From Scenedesmus sp. PABB004 (Eukaryota): a DNA stretch of 64,000 nucleotides. The stretch is from NCBI GenBank assembly GCA_014905635.1, contig JABVCE010000051.1, positions 1 through 64,000 on the forward strand, given 5' to 3'. Under the pieces are notes generated by a model, which saw only the letters and a list, made by a program, of their open reading frames with translations, had not been told where the DNA came from and made no database searches. The translations under genes and the position numbers were made by a program. Below are positions 49,213-64,000 of this stretch, piece after piece. Position 1 is the stretch's first letter; the number at the start of each line of letters is the position of its first letter.

Positions 49213-51671
49213 ATGGCGCTGGCCGCCAAGCATGGCGACAAGGAGCAGGAGAAGGGCCGGGTGGAGCGCACCACGGTGAAGCGCTACTGGCCCGGCCGGG
49301 CGCCGTCTTGGGCGGAGGGGCAGCAGCAGCAGCAGCAGCCGGCCGGGGAGGAGGCCCCCGCGCAGCAGGTGCAGCGAACGGCCATCACCGCGCCGGTGGT
49401 GGTCAAGAAGGTCGCGGACCCGCGCCTGGCGCGCCTGGCGCAGCGCCAGGTGGACCGGGAGGAGGCGATCGAGGAGCACCGGCAGATTCGGGCGGCGGAG
49501 GTCGTCGTGCGCCGCCGCGCCGCCGCCGCTGACGAGGCGGGCGGCTCCGAGGACAGCTCGGACGAGGCGGAGGAGGAGGAGGAGGAGCAGCAGGCGCGGG
49601 AGGAGGTGGACGAGGAGGAGCTGCAGCGGCGCAGGGACGCGCTGCGCGAGCGGTGAGCCGCAGCGCCGGCGCGGCGGCGCGGGCGGCGACAGCGGCGCCG
49701 GCGACAGCGGCGCGGGCGCGCGCGCCGCACCCGCCTGGCACTCACGTGCATGCGCGCGCGCGCGCCGCAGGTTGCGGCAGCAGCAGGAGCAGCAGCTGCT
49801 GGCGGCGCCGGCGGACGACGAGGACGAGGTGCGGGCAGGGGCAGGCGGGGGAGAGAGGGGCGACGGCGCCAGCACCTGTCGGCTGCCCCCCCCCCCCCAA
49901 CACACACATACAACACACACGCGCTCCCCCCTCCCCGCCGCTCCCCCCGGTGCGGCAGGGCTCGTCCGAGTACACGACCGACGACGGCAGCGACGACGAC
50001 GACGACCGCGCCGCCAAGCTGGTCAAGCCCGTCTTTGTGCGCAAGGCGGAGCGCGACGTGAGCCCGCGGGGGGAGGGGGCGGGCGGGCCGGGGCGAGGCG
50101 CAGGGGCCCACACGCGCGGCTGCGCTGCGCCTGCCGTCGCGTGCAGCGCCCACGCGCGCGCGGCGCGCCGCGCGCCGCCGCCGCAGACCATCGCGGAGCG
50201 CGAGGCCGCGGAGGCGGCCGAGGAGGCGGCGGAGGAGCTGCGGCGGCAGCGCCTCGAGGAGCGGGCGCAGGAGAGCCGCGCGCTGCTGGTGCAGGCCATC
50301 GCCGCGGACGAGGCGGAGCGCCGCGCCGCGGCGGCGCCCGTCGCGCTCAAGGTGGCGGAGGAGCTCGACACGGGCGACGAGGCGGAGCCGGACGCGATCG
50401 AGGCCTGGCAGCGCCGCGAGGCCGCGCGCATCCGGTGCGGCCGCCGCGCCGCGCTGCTGCTGCCCCGCCCCACCCTCTCAGCCCTCTGCCCCCTCGCGCG
50501 CGCGCTCGGCCGTGCGGGGCCGGCGCCCACGCGCGCGCCGCGCCGTGCCCCGTGCCGCCCCGCTGGCAGGCGCGACGCGACGGAGCGCGAGGCGGCCGAG
50601 GCGGCGGCGGCGGAGCGTGAGAAGCTGCGGGCGATGACCGAGGAGGAGCGCCTGGCCTACCTCGCGGCGCAGCCCAAGGTGGGCGTGTGTTTGTGTGTGT
50701 GTGGGGGGGGGGTGCGGGGGGGGGGGGGGACCTGGCGGCTGGGCGGGCCGCGCCCCGCGCCGCGCGCCGCGCGCCGCGCGCCGCGCGCCGTCCGCCGCTG
50801 ACGGCGCCGCCGCCCGCGCGCCCCGATGCGACCCGCCCCGCCCGCCCCGCCCGCCCCTCTCCCCCCCCCCCCCCCACCATCATCAGGAGGGCGGCGGCAA
50901 GCCGGAGAAGGCCAAGTGGCGGTTCATGCAAAAGTACTGGCACCGCGGCGCCTTCTTCCAGGCCGAGGCCGACGACGCGCGCGGCACGGCGGGGCCGGAC
51001 GCCATCTACGCCCGCGACTTCAGCGCGCCCACGGGCGAGGACAAGTTTGACAAGGAGGCGCTGCCCGCGGTCATGCAGGCGCGCGCGGCGCGCGGCGGCG
51101 GCGCGGCGCGCGGCAGGGGGGGGGGCACGCGGCGGGGCGGGGCGCTGGCGCGGGGCGGGGCAGCCGCCCGGCGGCGGCGGCGGGGCCGTGCCCCCTGTGG
51201 GGGGCGCGCCGCTCAGTGCGCGCGGCGCGGCGCGTGTCGCGCGCGCAGGTGCGCAACTTTGGGCGCGCGGGGCGCACCAAGTGGAAGCACCTGCTGGCCG
51301 AGGACACGAGCACCGCGCGGCGCGAGGACGACTGGTACCGGTGCGGCGGCGCGGCGCGCGACGCGCGGCTGCGCGGCGCGGCGTGCTGCGCCGGCTGGCG
51401 GCGGCGGGCGGGGCGCCGGCAGTCCGCCGCGGCGCGCGCGCGAGCGCCGCGCGCCCCCCACGCCCGCGCCCACGCTGGCCCCGCCCGCGCCCCGCGCCGC
51501 ACCCCGCACAGGCGCGACGAGCGCCTCGCGGGCGCTGTGAGCGGCGGCTACGCGCGCGACACGACCGCGCTGCTGCCCGCCTCGGCCAGCTTTGGCGCCC
51601 CCGGCGGCGCCAAGCGCGGCGGCGCGTCGCTGAGCGAAGGCTTCACCAAGCCCAAAAGGTTCAAGACGTGA
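49213..51671 (+). CDS. MFAP1: Microfibrillar-associated protein 1 (spliceosomal B-complex factor), multi-exon
   Basis: [97 protein letters not shown]. Confidence 0.93.
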
Positions 51672-51947
51672 CGCCGCGTGCGTGCGCGGGCGGCGGCGGC
51701 GCCAGTTGCGCGCGGGCGGCCGGCCGGCGGCGCGCAGCAGCGGCTGCGCGCGGCTGGCCAGGGCCGGCCGGGCGGGCGGGGTCGCGCGGCGGGGCGTCGC
51801 GCGGCGCTGCGGTAACCGTCCCGGCGACGCCCGCGCGCGCGCGCGCGCGCGCCGCTCGCCCAGCGGCGGGCCGCGCCGCGCCGCCGCTCCCGCGCCGCTG
51901 CCGCTGCCGCTGCCGCGCCGGCGCCGGGGCCCTCGGCCCGAGCTCGC

Positions 51948-56388
<4,441 letters not shown>

Positions 56389-56465
56389 TCAGGAATCCCC
56401 GCCCGCCGCGCCTGCCACGCCACCCGCGCCCCAGCGTCTCGCGCCGCCGCGGAGCATACGCGCCC

Positions 56466-56555
56466 GCACCTGATGCAGCGCAGGAGCCGCGCAGTCAGGC
56501 TCCTGCGCTGCATCAGGTGCCGTGCAGTCAGGCACCTGCGCTGCATCAGGTGCGG
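56466..56555. repeat. Perfect 23-bp inverted repeat (hairpin) with a tandemly duplicated right arm
   Basis: gcacctgatgcagcgcaggagcc (56466-56488), 9-nt loop, ggctcctgcgctgcatcaggtgc (56498-56520), and a second arm copy at 56531-56553. Confidence 0.9.
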
Positions 56556-56620
56556 CTGCGCCGGCCCGTCGGCTGGCGGCGGGCACGCACAGCACGCACC
56601 GTGGCCTGCCCGGGGCGGCG

Positions 56621-59600
56621 TCAGGGGCGTATGTCGAGGGATGGGAACCAGCTCCACGGCGCGTCGGGCTCGGCCCACCACGTGCGCTGGTGGAGCGAGA
56701 AGGCCTTGAACCACTGGCACCCGTGGTGCGTGCCAAAGTTGGTCCCCACGTTTGCGATGAGCGTGTCGGGCAGGCCGAGGCTCAGGCCGGCGAGGCCGCC
56801 GCGGTCGGCGGCGTGCAGGTGCAGCAGCGGCGCGACAAGCAAGCGCAGGCGGCGCAGGCGGCGCAGCGCCTTGAACCCCGCGAGCTCCGTGTTGGACCGG
56901 CCGTCCAGCAGCAGGTAGCGCAGGGCGGACAGGTCGGCCAGGCTGCTCACGTCGGCGCCGGGCTCGAGGCTCAGCCCGAGCGCGCGCAGGCGGCGCAGCC
57001 CCGCGACCGCGGCGACGCCGCTGCTGCCGACGCCCGCGTGCGGCGCCTCCTTGGTGATGAGGGTGGCCAGCCCCGGCCACGCGCCCGCGACCGCCCACAG
57101 CACGCCCGCGCTCGCGCGGCAGTGCAGCAGGCGCAGGTGGAGCAGGTCGGGCGTCGCGGCGCCCATCGCCGCCACGGCGCCGCGGTCGAGCGACACGCCG
57201 GCCAGCGACAGGCTCGCCAGGCGCCGCGGCAGGCCCGACCACAGCGCGCCGCGCGGCGTGTCGGGCGGGCTGGGCTCCGACCCGCCGCCCTCGCTCGGCG
57301 CGTCGGGCTCGTCCGCGAGGCGCAGCGTGAGGTCGCGCAGGCTGGTCAGCGACCCCAGCGCCGCCACGAGCGGGCCGACGTCACCCACGCCCACGGCGCC
57401 GGCGGGGTCGGCCGGCGGCACGTCGAGGCTGAGGCTGGTGATGCCCGTCCAGCTGGCGGCGAGGTGGGCCAGCGCAAACGGCGTCATGCGCAGGCCTGGC
57501 GCCGGCGGCGGCGGCGGCGCGGGGCGGCGGCAGGTGGTGGTGGGCGGGCGCGACCGGCGGTGGTGGGCGGGCGGGCGCCCCGCGCGGCGCTGCGCTCACC
57601 GCACGGCATGTGCTGCTGCAGGTGGAGGTGGAAGCAGGACAGCTGCTCGAGCGGCGACAGCCGCGTCAGCAGGTCCAGGTCCGGCGGCAGCCCGCCGCCG
57701 TCGCCCGGGCCAAGCGGCCCGAGCGGGCCCAGACCGCCCAGCGCGGCCGCTGCGCCAGCAGCGCCAGCAGCGCCAGCGGCGCCAGCGGCGGGGGCGCCGG
57801 CGGCGGCCGGAGCCGGCAGGCCGGTGAAGCCCCAAAACTCCTGCGGCTGTGCCGACGCGCTGGACAGGCTGTGCGAGCGATGCGGACTGCCCTCGCTGCT
57901 GCTGCCAGCGCGGCTGGCCGCCTGCGACGACGACGCGGCCGCCCCCGCAGCCGCCGGCGGCTGGCCGCGCGGCGGCGCCGCGGGGCCGTGCACGCGGCGC
58001 TGCTGCCCCAGCAGGCAGGGCCCGCTCACAATCAGCGTGCGCAGGCTCGCCAGGTGGGCCACGCCGTCCACAAAGTCGTCCCCGAGCTGCAGGCTGTCGA
58101 CGTGCAGGCTCACCAGCGCCGGCCACGCGCCCGCCGCGCTCGCGAGGCGCCCCTCCGACGGCACGCGCCGCGGCGCCGCGCCGTCGCCGCCGTCCGCGCC
58201 GCCGCCGCCGCAGCCGGCGCCGCGGGCCAGGACGCTGAGCCAGCTCGGCGGCAGGCAGGCAAAGGGCCCCGCCGACAGGAACTTGGCGCCGCCGTGCAGC
58301 TCCAGGTGGCTCAGGCTCGCCATGCCCCGCAGCGCGGCGCAGCTGCCCAGCAGCACGAGGTCGCTCTGCAGCACCAGCCGGCGCAGCCGCGCCAGCGGCA
58401 GCAGCACCACGCTCCAGTCGTCGCCGGAGAAGCGCAGCGACGTGGCAGCGCGGCTGCTGCTCGCGCTGCCGCCGCTGCTGAAGCTGGCGCTGCTGCCGCT
58501 GCTGCCGGCGTCGCAGTGCTCCGCGTCGCGCCTCGCGCCCGCCGGCGCGCCCGCCGCGGGCTGGGCCGGGGCCGGCCGCCGGCTGGCGCGGCCGCTGCTG
58601 CTGCTCGCACGCGCGGGGCCGGGCGGCGCTCCGCCCGCCCCCGCCCCCGCCGCGCCGGCCGCGTCCTGCAGCTGCGCCGCGAGCGCGCGCTGCTGCCGCA
58701 GCTCGCGCCGCAGCTCGCGCCGCGCCGCCTGCCGGCTCTGCGCGCTGCCGCCGCCCGCGGCGCCGCCGCCGCCGGCGTGCGCGTGTGCCGCGGCGATGCG
58801 CTGGAGGTCGTGGTTGCTCGGCACGAGGCAGCCGAGCTCCAGCTCCTGCAGCCGGCTCGCCGACGCGCAGAGGCCGCCGAGCACGCCGAGGCTGACGTTG
58901 AGCTGGCCGTGCAGGTGCAGGTGCGTGAGCCCGCGCAGGCAGCCGAGCGCGGAGAGCCCCTCGTCGCCGAGGCGCACGGTGCCGAGGCGCAGCCGCACGA
59001 GGCCGCGCAGCGCGCCCGCCGCCGCGAGCGCCGCGTCGCCGAGGCAGATCTCCCCCAGGAAGAGGTGCGCCGCCTTGGCGAGCACGAGCTCGGTCAGGCC
59101 GGTCAGGCCAAAGAGCGGCGCGAGCGCCTCGCCCTCCTGCAGCACCTGCCCCGGCGCCCACAGCGCGGTGTCCCACGCGACCTCCAGCCCCCGCAGGCCG
59201 CCGAGCCACGCGAGCTGCCCCAGGCTCCACGGGTCGCGGCTGAACGTCGCGTCGCGCACCGCGAGGCGCGTGAGCTGCGGCAGCCCGCCCGCGAGGCCCT
59301 CCAGGCACACGCCGCGCCGCTGCAGGCGCACGAGCGGCTCCACGTCCATGCGCGCCTGCACGGGGTCGCACCACCCCGCTGCGTGCGTGAGCGCCACGCG
59401 CCGCACGCTCGGCAGCGCCGCGCCCGCGCGCCGCAGCGCGCCCTTGGCGCCCTTGGCGCCCAGGAAGCTGCGCGTGCGGGTCGGTCGGGGGGTGGTCGGG
59501 GGTGGGTGTCAGGGGGGTGATCGGGGGGCCGCCGCCGCGGCTGCTCGCGCGCCGCCGCGCTCGCGCGCCGCAGCGCACCGCGTGGGGATGGTCAGCTCGT

Positions 59601-60013
59601 CGACGTACGCGCCCAGCGTGAGGCGCCAGTGGCGGCAGGCCAGGCGCGCGGTCGCGGTGGCGGCCGGGTCCAGGTACACGCGCACGGCGAGCAGCACGTC
59701 GTCCGGCACGCTCTGCCAGCGACCCGCCGCGTCGTCGCCGCCGCCCGGCGGCGCCCGGCCCGCCTCCGCCTGCGCGGGCGTGCAGGGCGGCGGCCGGGAG
59801 TGGTGCCGGGCGCGCCAGCGCGGGCGCCGCGGCCACGCCGGCGGTGCTGAGGTGGCCCAGGGGCCAGCAGCGGCGGGGGCCGCCAGGCCCCCAGCGCGCT
59901 GCAGGGCCCGTCGGCGCGTGCGGCGCGGCCCGAGCTGCGAGACGCACCTCGTTCTCATCGGGGAAGCCCAGCGCCGCGCCAGCGGCGCAGCAGGGCAAGC
60001 ACAGGAAGCGCAT
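56621..60013 (-). CDS. F-box / leucine-rich-repeat protein, 4 exons
   Basis: F-box-like WQSVPDDVLLAVRVYL...ARLACRHWR and many LxxLxxLxL repeats. Exons about 60013-59948, 59769-59579, 59468-57600, 57494-56621. Confidence 0.75.
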
Positions 60014-60236
60014 GTCGGCGGCCGGGCGCCCTCGTCACGCCGCCACCGCGCGCGGCCCCTCGGGCCGCGTGTCCGGCATCTGGCGCACCCGTGGCGCCCG
60101 GCGGCACGCAGGCCTGCGTGCACGAGCGTCCTTTCGAGCGCGTCTCTGCGTCGGCTCGCCCTCTGCTCGTCCGTGGCCGCGCGATCCGCTCCCCAAGCGA
60201 CGACGTTAATGGTGGCGCGCGCACGGGCATTGTTAC

Positions 60237-63200
60237 TCAGATGATGGCCTCGCAGCCCGCGCCGGCGCCCCAGGTTGCGGGGTCGTCCAGCGTCTGCACC
60301 AGCGCGCCCAGCAGGCGCGCCGCGGCGTCGCGGGGCGTCGTGGGCGGCAGCACGAGGTACACGACCGCGCCGAGCGGCCGCGCCGCGACGCCGCGCGCGC
60401 GCAGCGCGGCCACGACGTCCGCGGCGGCCGCGCTGCCGCCGGCGTAGCTGCCCGCGCCGCGCAGCTCGACGGCGAGCACCGACCCCAGCGCCACGACGCC
60501 CGACAGCCGCGGGTGCGTGCTCAGCGCGGCCGCGTCGGCCTCGGCCCACAGCGCCGCCACGCGCCCGCACGGCCCGCCGCACGCGGGCCGCCCCGCCGCC
60601 TCGGCCGCGCAGCGCCCGGGCGCGCCCGGCGCGCAGAGGTTGGGGTTGGTCCCCGCGCCGGCCAGGATTGCGAGGCTGCACGCCGCCGCGGCGCAGCCGA
60701 CCGGGTATGCCGTGTACGAGTGCCCGTGCAGCAGCGCGTCGGCCTTGCTGTCCCCCGCAAACGCCGCAAACACGCCGGCGCTTGCGAGCGTGACCGCGAG
60801 CGGCGCCGCGCCGCCCGTGAGCAGCTTTCCGTACACCGCGACGTCCGGCGCGGCGCCGAGCAGCGCGCCGCCGGTCGGCGCGCCGAGGCGCCAGCAGCCG
60901 GTGAAGACCTCGTCATACACCACCGCAAGGCCCCGCGCGCGCGCGACCTGCGGCGGCGCGGCGGCGGCGCGCGGGCGGCGGCGGCGGCGGGCGCGCGCGT
61001 GGCGGCCCGCCCCGGCGCCGCTCGGCGCCGCGCAGGCACAGGCGGAGCGCAGCGCGCGCGCGCGCGCGCGCCGCGCCTTGACGGCGGCCGCCTGGAAGAG
61101 GGGGTCCACCAGCCGCATGCCGCCCGCGCCCTGCAGCACCGGCTCCAGCAGCAGCACGCCCAGCGCCGCGCCGGTCGACGCCTCGTGCGCGGCGGCCGCG
61201 GCGGCGATGTGGCCCTCATACACGCACGCCAGCCGCGACCTGCGCGCGCGCGCCGCACAGGCGCGTCGGCAGCGGCGCGCGTCGGCGCGCGTCCGGCCAG
61301 CCGCCGCGCGCGCGGCCGCCCGCGCGGCCGTCGCACCCGCGGCGCGCCGGGAGGTCGAACACCTCGTCCCTGCTGGCCCAGCTGAGCGCCGCCGCGTCGC
61401 GCCCCGCCGCGCGCTCGGCGTCGGCCAGCCACCCCGGCGTCGCCGCGAGGCGCCACGCGCCGCCCGTGAGCGCGAGGCAGGGCGGGTCCAGGAAGAGCCC
61501 GCGGCCGGTGTACCAGGGGCTCTGCCGGCGCCCGTTGAAGGGGCTGGGGCCGCTGCAGTCCATCGCGCCCAGCGTGTCGCCGTGGTAGCTGCCCCCCAGG
61601 CCCAGCACCTGGCCGCGGCGCGGACCGGCGTGGGCGGCGCGCGGGCGGCGGCCGCGCCCCCACGCCGCGCTGCGCGGCGCAGCGCGGCGGCGCGCGGCGC
61701 GCGCGCCTGCAGCTCGGGGCCGCGCTCGTGCTGCAGCGTGCCGGCGTCGGCGCTGAACTTGCGGAAGGCCATCTTGAGCGCGACCTCGACCGCGGTGCTG
61801 CCGTCGTCGCTGAAAAACGCGCGCGCCGCCCAGCCGGCGCCGAGCGGGCCGGCCAGCAGCGCGCGCGTCAGCTCCAGCCCCGGCGCGTGCGCGGCCTGGG
61901 GCCACATGACGTGCATGTAGCGCCCCGCAGCGCACGACACGGCCCGCACGACCTCGGTCGACAGCGCGGCGCTGCCCGACGTCTGCGTCCACCAGCTGCT
62001 CGCGCCGTCCACCAGCGGCGTCAGCGCCGCGCCCGCCGCGCCCGCCGCCGCCGCCGCCGCCGCCGCCGCCTGCCCCGCCTGCTCCTGCTGCCCCGCCTGC
62101 TGCCGCCCAGCTGCCCGCTGCTCAGTGTACACCAGCCAGCTGTCCCCAGCACGCCCGTCCACCACCGTGACATCGCTGCGCGGGCCGCGGCCGCGGCCGC
62201 GGCGGCGCGGGGGCGTGAGCAGGCGCCCGCGCCGCGCGCGCGCGCAGCCGCCGCGCGGCGCGGCACGCGCACCCGTGCGGCAGCGCCGCGTGCTGCGTGA
62301 AGGGCCACCACACGCTCTCCGCCGCGCCGCGCGCCGCGCCCGCCAGCCACGCGAGGCGGCGCTCGTGGTGGTCGAGCAGCAGGGCAAGCAGCTCATCAAA
62401 CTGCGGCGCCGAGGCCTCCAGCCACGCCGCCAGGTGCGCGTCGACGGCGCCGCCCGCCGCGCCCGCGCCGCCGCCGCCGCCGGGCGGCGGCTTGCACAGC
62501 GGCAGCGCCAGCACCGGCAGCCCCTCGCCCAGCCTGCGGCGGCAGGGCGCGCGCCGGCGCGTGGGCGGGCGCGCCGGCGCAGCGGCTGCCGCCACCGCGC
62601 GCGCCGCCACCGCGCGCACCGGTGCGCGGCGGCGTGGCGCAGGTGGTGCGCCACGGCGGCGATGTTGCTGAGGCGGCCGTCGTCCATGCACACGACCGCT
62701 GCGGGCGGCTGCCCGCGCAGCAGCAGCGACTCGTAAGCGCTGAGCGTGGTGGAGATGCCGCCCAGCGCTGGGTCGCCCACGAGCAGCCCCGGCAGCGCGA
62801 GCGGGCGCAGCAGGTCGCCCTGCGCGGCGGCAGCACCCGGCGGCGGCCGCTGAGCGGCGGCAGGGGCCAGCGCGCTGCAGCGTGCGCGCCTGCCGGCCTC
62901 GGCGCGCGCGCGCCTGCAGCGTGCCCGACGGCCCCGGGCTGGTCACGCCGCCCGCGGTCTCCACGAGCGAGAGGCCGCGGCCGCCGGCGGCGCCGGCGCG
63001 CGGCGCAAGCTCCGCTGCAAACGCGGCCAGCGCGCCCGCCACGGCCGCCACCACCTCGCCGTCGTCCACGCGTCGCCCCTCTGCCGCCGCGGCGAGGTGG
63101 GGCGAGACGGGGTCGGTGAACGCGTGCAGGGTCTCGCTGCGCCGCAGGAACGCGGCCGCCGCGGCGCGGCCCGCGGCCGCCTCCGTCGCCGCGGTCTGGC

Positions 63201-63655
63201 GGCGCCGCGGGCGGCGGCGGGCGGTGGCGGAGGCGCGTGGGCAGCTGTGCAGCTGCCGCCCCGCGCTCTGCGCGCCGCACAGGTGCGCGCGGCCCCCTCC
63301 GCCGCTCACCACGAGGCGCGCGTCTGAGTCGGCCGGGTATCCCGTCTGAACGGGCTTCAGATACTGCACGGGCACCTGCGGGGACGGAGGCGCGCGCGGG
63401 CGGTGAGCAGGGGGGCGGGCGGCGCGGCAAGCGGGGCGGCGCCGCGCCCGCTGCCCGCACCTGGCCCCGCACGGCCGCCGCGACGAGCGCGGCGCTGATC
63501 AGCGTCTTGCCCACGCCCGTGTTGGCGCCCCAGACGCACACGGCAGCCTGGGAGAGGTCCACGCCGGGCGCGTGCGCCTGGCTCGCGGCGGCGCGGCGGC
63601 CCAGCAGCGCGCCCAGGCGCGCTGGCCGGGCGCGGCGCGCCCAGGTGCGTAGCAT
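60237..63655 (-). CDS. BIO3-BIO1: Bifunctional dethiobiotin synthetase / DAPA aminotransferase, multi-exon, with an Arg-rich putative mitochondrial presequence
   Basis: VWGANTGVGKT, YLKPVQTG, VSPHLAA, VETAGGVTSPGPSG, GGISTTLSAYE, WWPFTQH, DGASSWWT, FFSDDGSTAVEVALKMA, YHGDTLG, DEVFTG, GKLLTGG, LLHGHSYTA, RPLG. Confidence 0.95.
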
Positions 63656-64000
63656 TTGGCTCAGCGCATCGATCGCGCGGTCTCCGGCAGCGTTCTCGCA
63701 GTGTTTCAGGCCGGCCCGCGCTCCGGCAGCAGCGCCGTTGGCAGCGGCGGCGGCGACGCGGCCCGCGCTGGCGAAAGTAGCGTCTCGCCTGGGTGGAGGA
63801 AAGGCCCGTGCGGACGGGCGGCGTGGCGCGGGCGGCCTCTCTGGTGTTGCGCGCCGCGGTCTGGCGCCGGGGTCTGGCGCCCCGCGGCGGCGCTTCACCG
63901 GCCCGGCGCCGCTCGCCCCGCCAAGGGTGCAACCGCAGACTGATCCACGCTGCATCACCGCACACACACCTAGCACACAGCCGCCGCCGAGCGCGCCGAG

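Overview
Left end of a eukaryotic chromosome from an extremely GC-rich, intron-rich, gene-dense organism, most likely a chlorophyte green alga. This assignment rests on the (CCCTAAA)n telomere, a UVR8 gene, a fused BIO3-BIO1 gene, plant-type Shaker channels and short GC-rich introns ending in GCAG. Most long ORFs in the supplied track are GC artefacts, so the real spliced genes were rebuilt by hand. Gene order: telomere; two plant-type Shaker (cNBD + ankyrin) K+ channel genes (-); ABCG half-transporter; UVR8; a third Shaker-like gene (+) that lacks the GYG filter; RRP6; F-box/LRR gene; a rearranged hub with tRNA-Gly(CCC) and a half tRNA; Y-family DNA polymerase; TPR protein; amino-acid transporter; tRNA-Gly(CCC); an orphan gene predicted to fuse an AP2-like DNA-binding domain to a DEDDh 3'-5' exonuclease, bracketed by ~90-bp direct repeats; an inverted partial copy of the F-box/LRR gene; MFAP1; RUVBL2; a second F-box/LRR gene; BIO3-BIO1. 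Four observations stand out. (1) The AP2-DEDDh cassette sits just downstream of a tRNA-Gly gene, inside a 19-kb block bounded by 1.7-kb inverted repeats with microhomology junctions. (2) One Shaker paralogue has a non-canonical pore. (3) GC-AG introns are unusually common. (4) The channel paralogues share patchwork near-identical blocks. Several single-base frameshifts in C-runs suggest indel errors in the assembly. Exon boundaries are manual and approximate, and no database search was possible.
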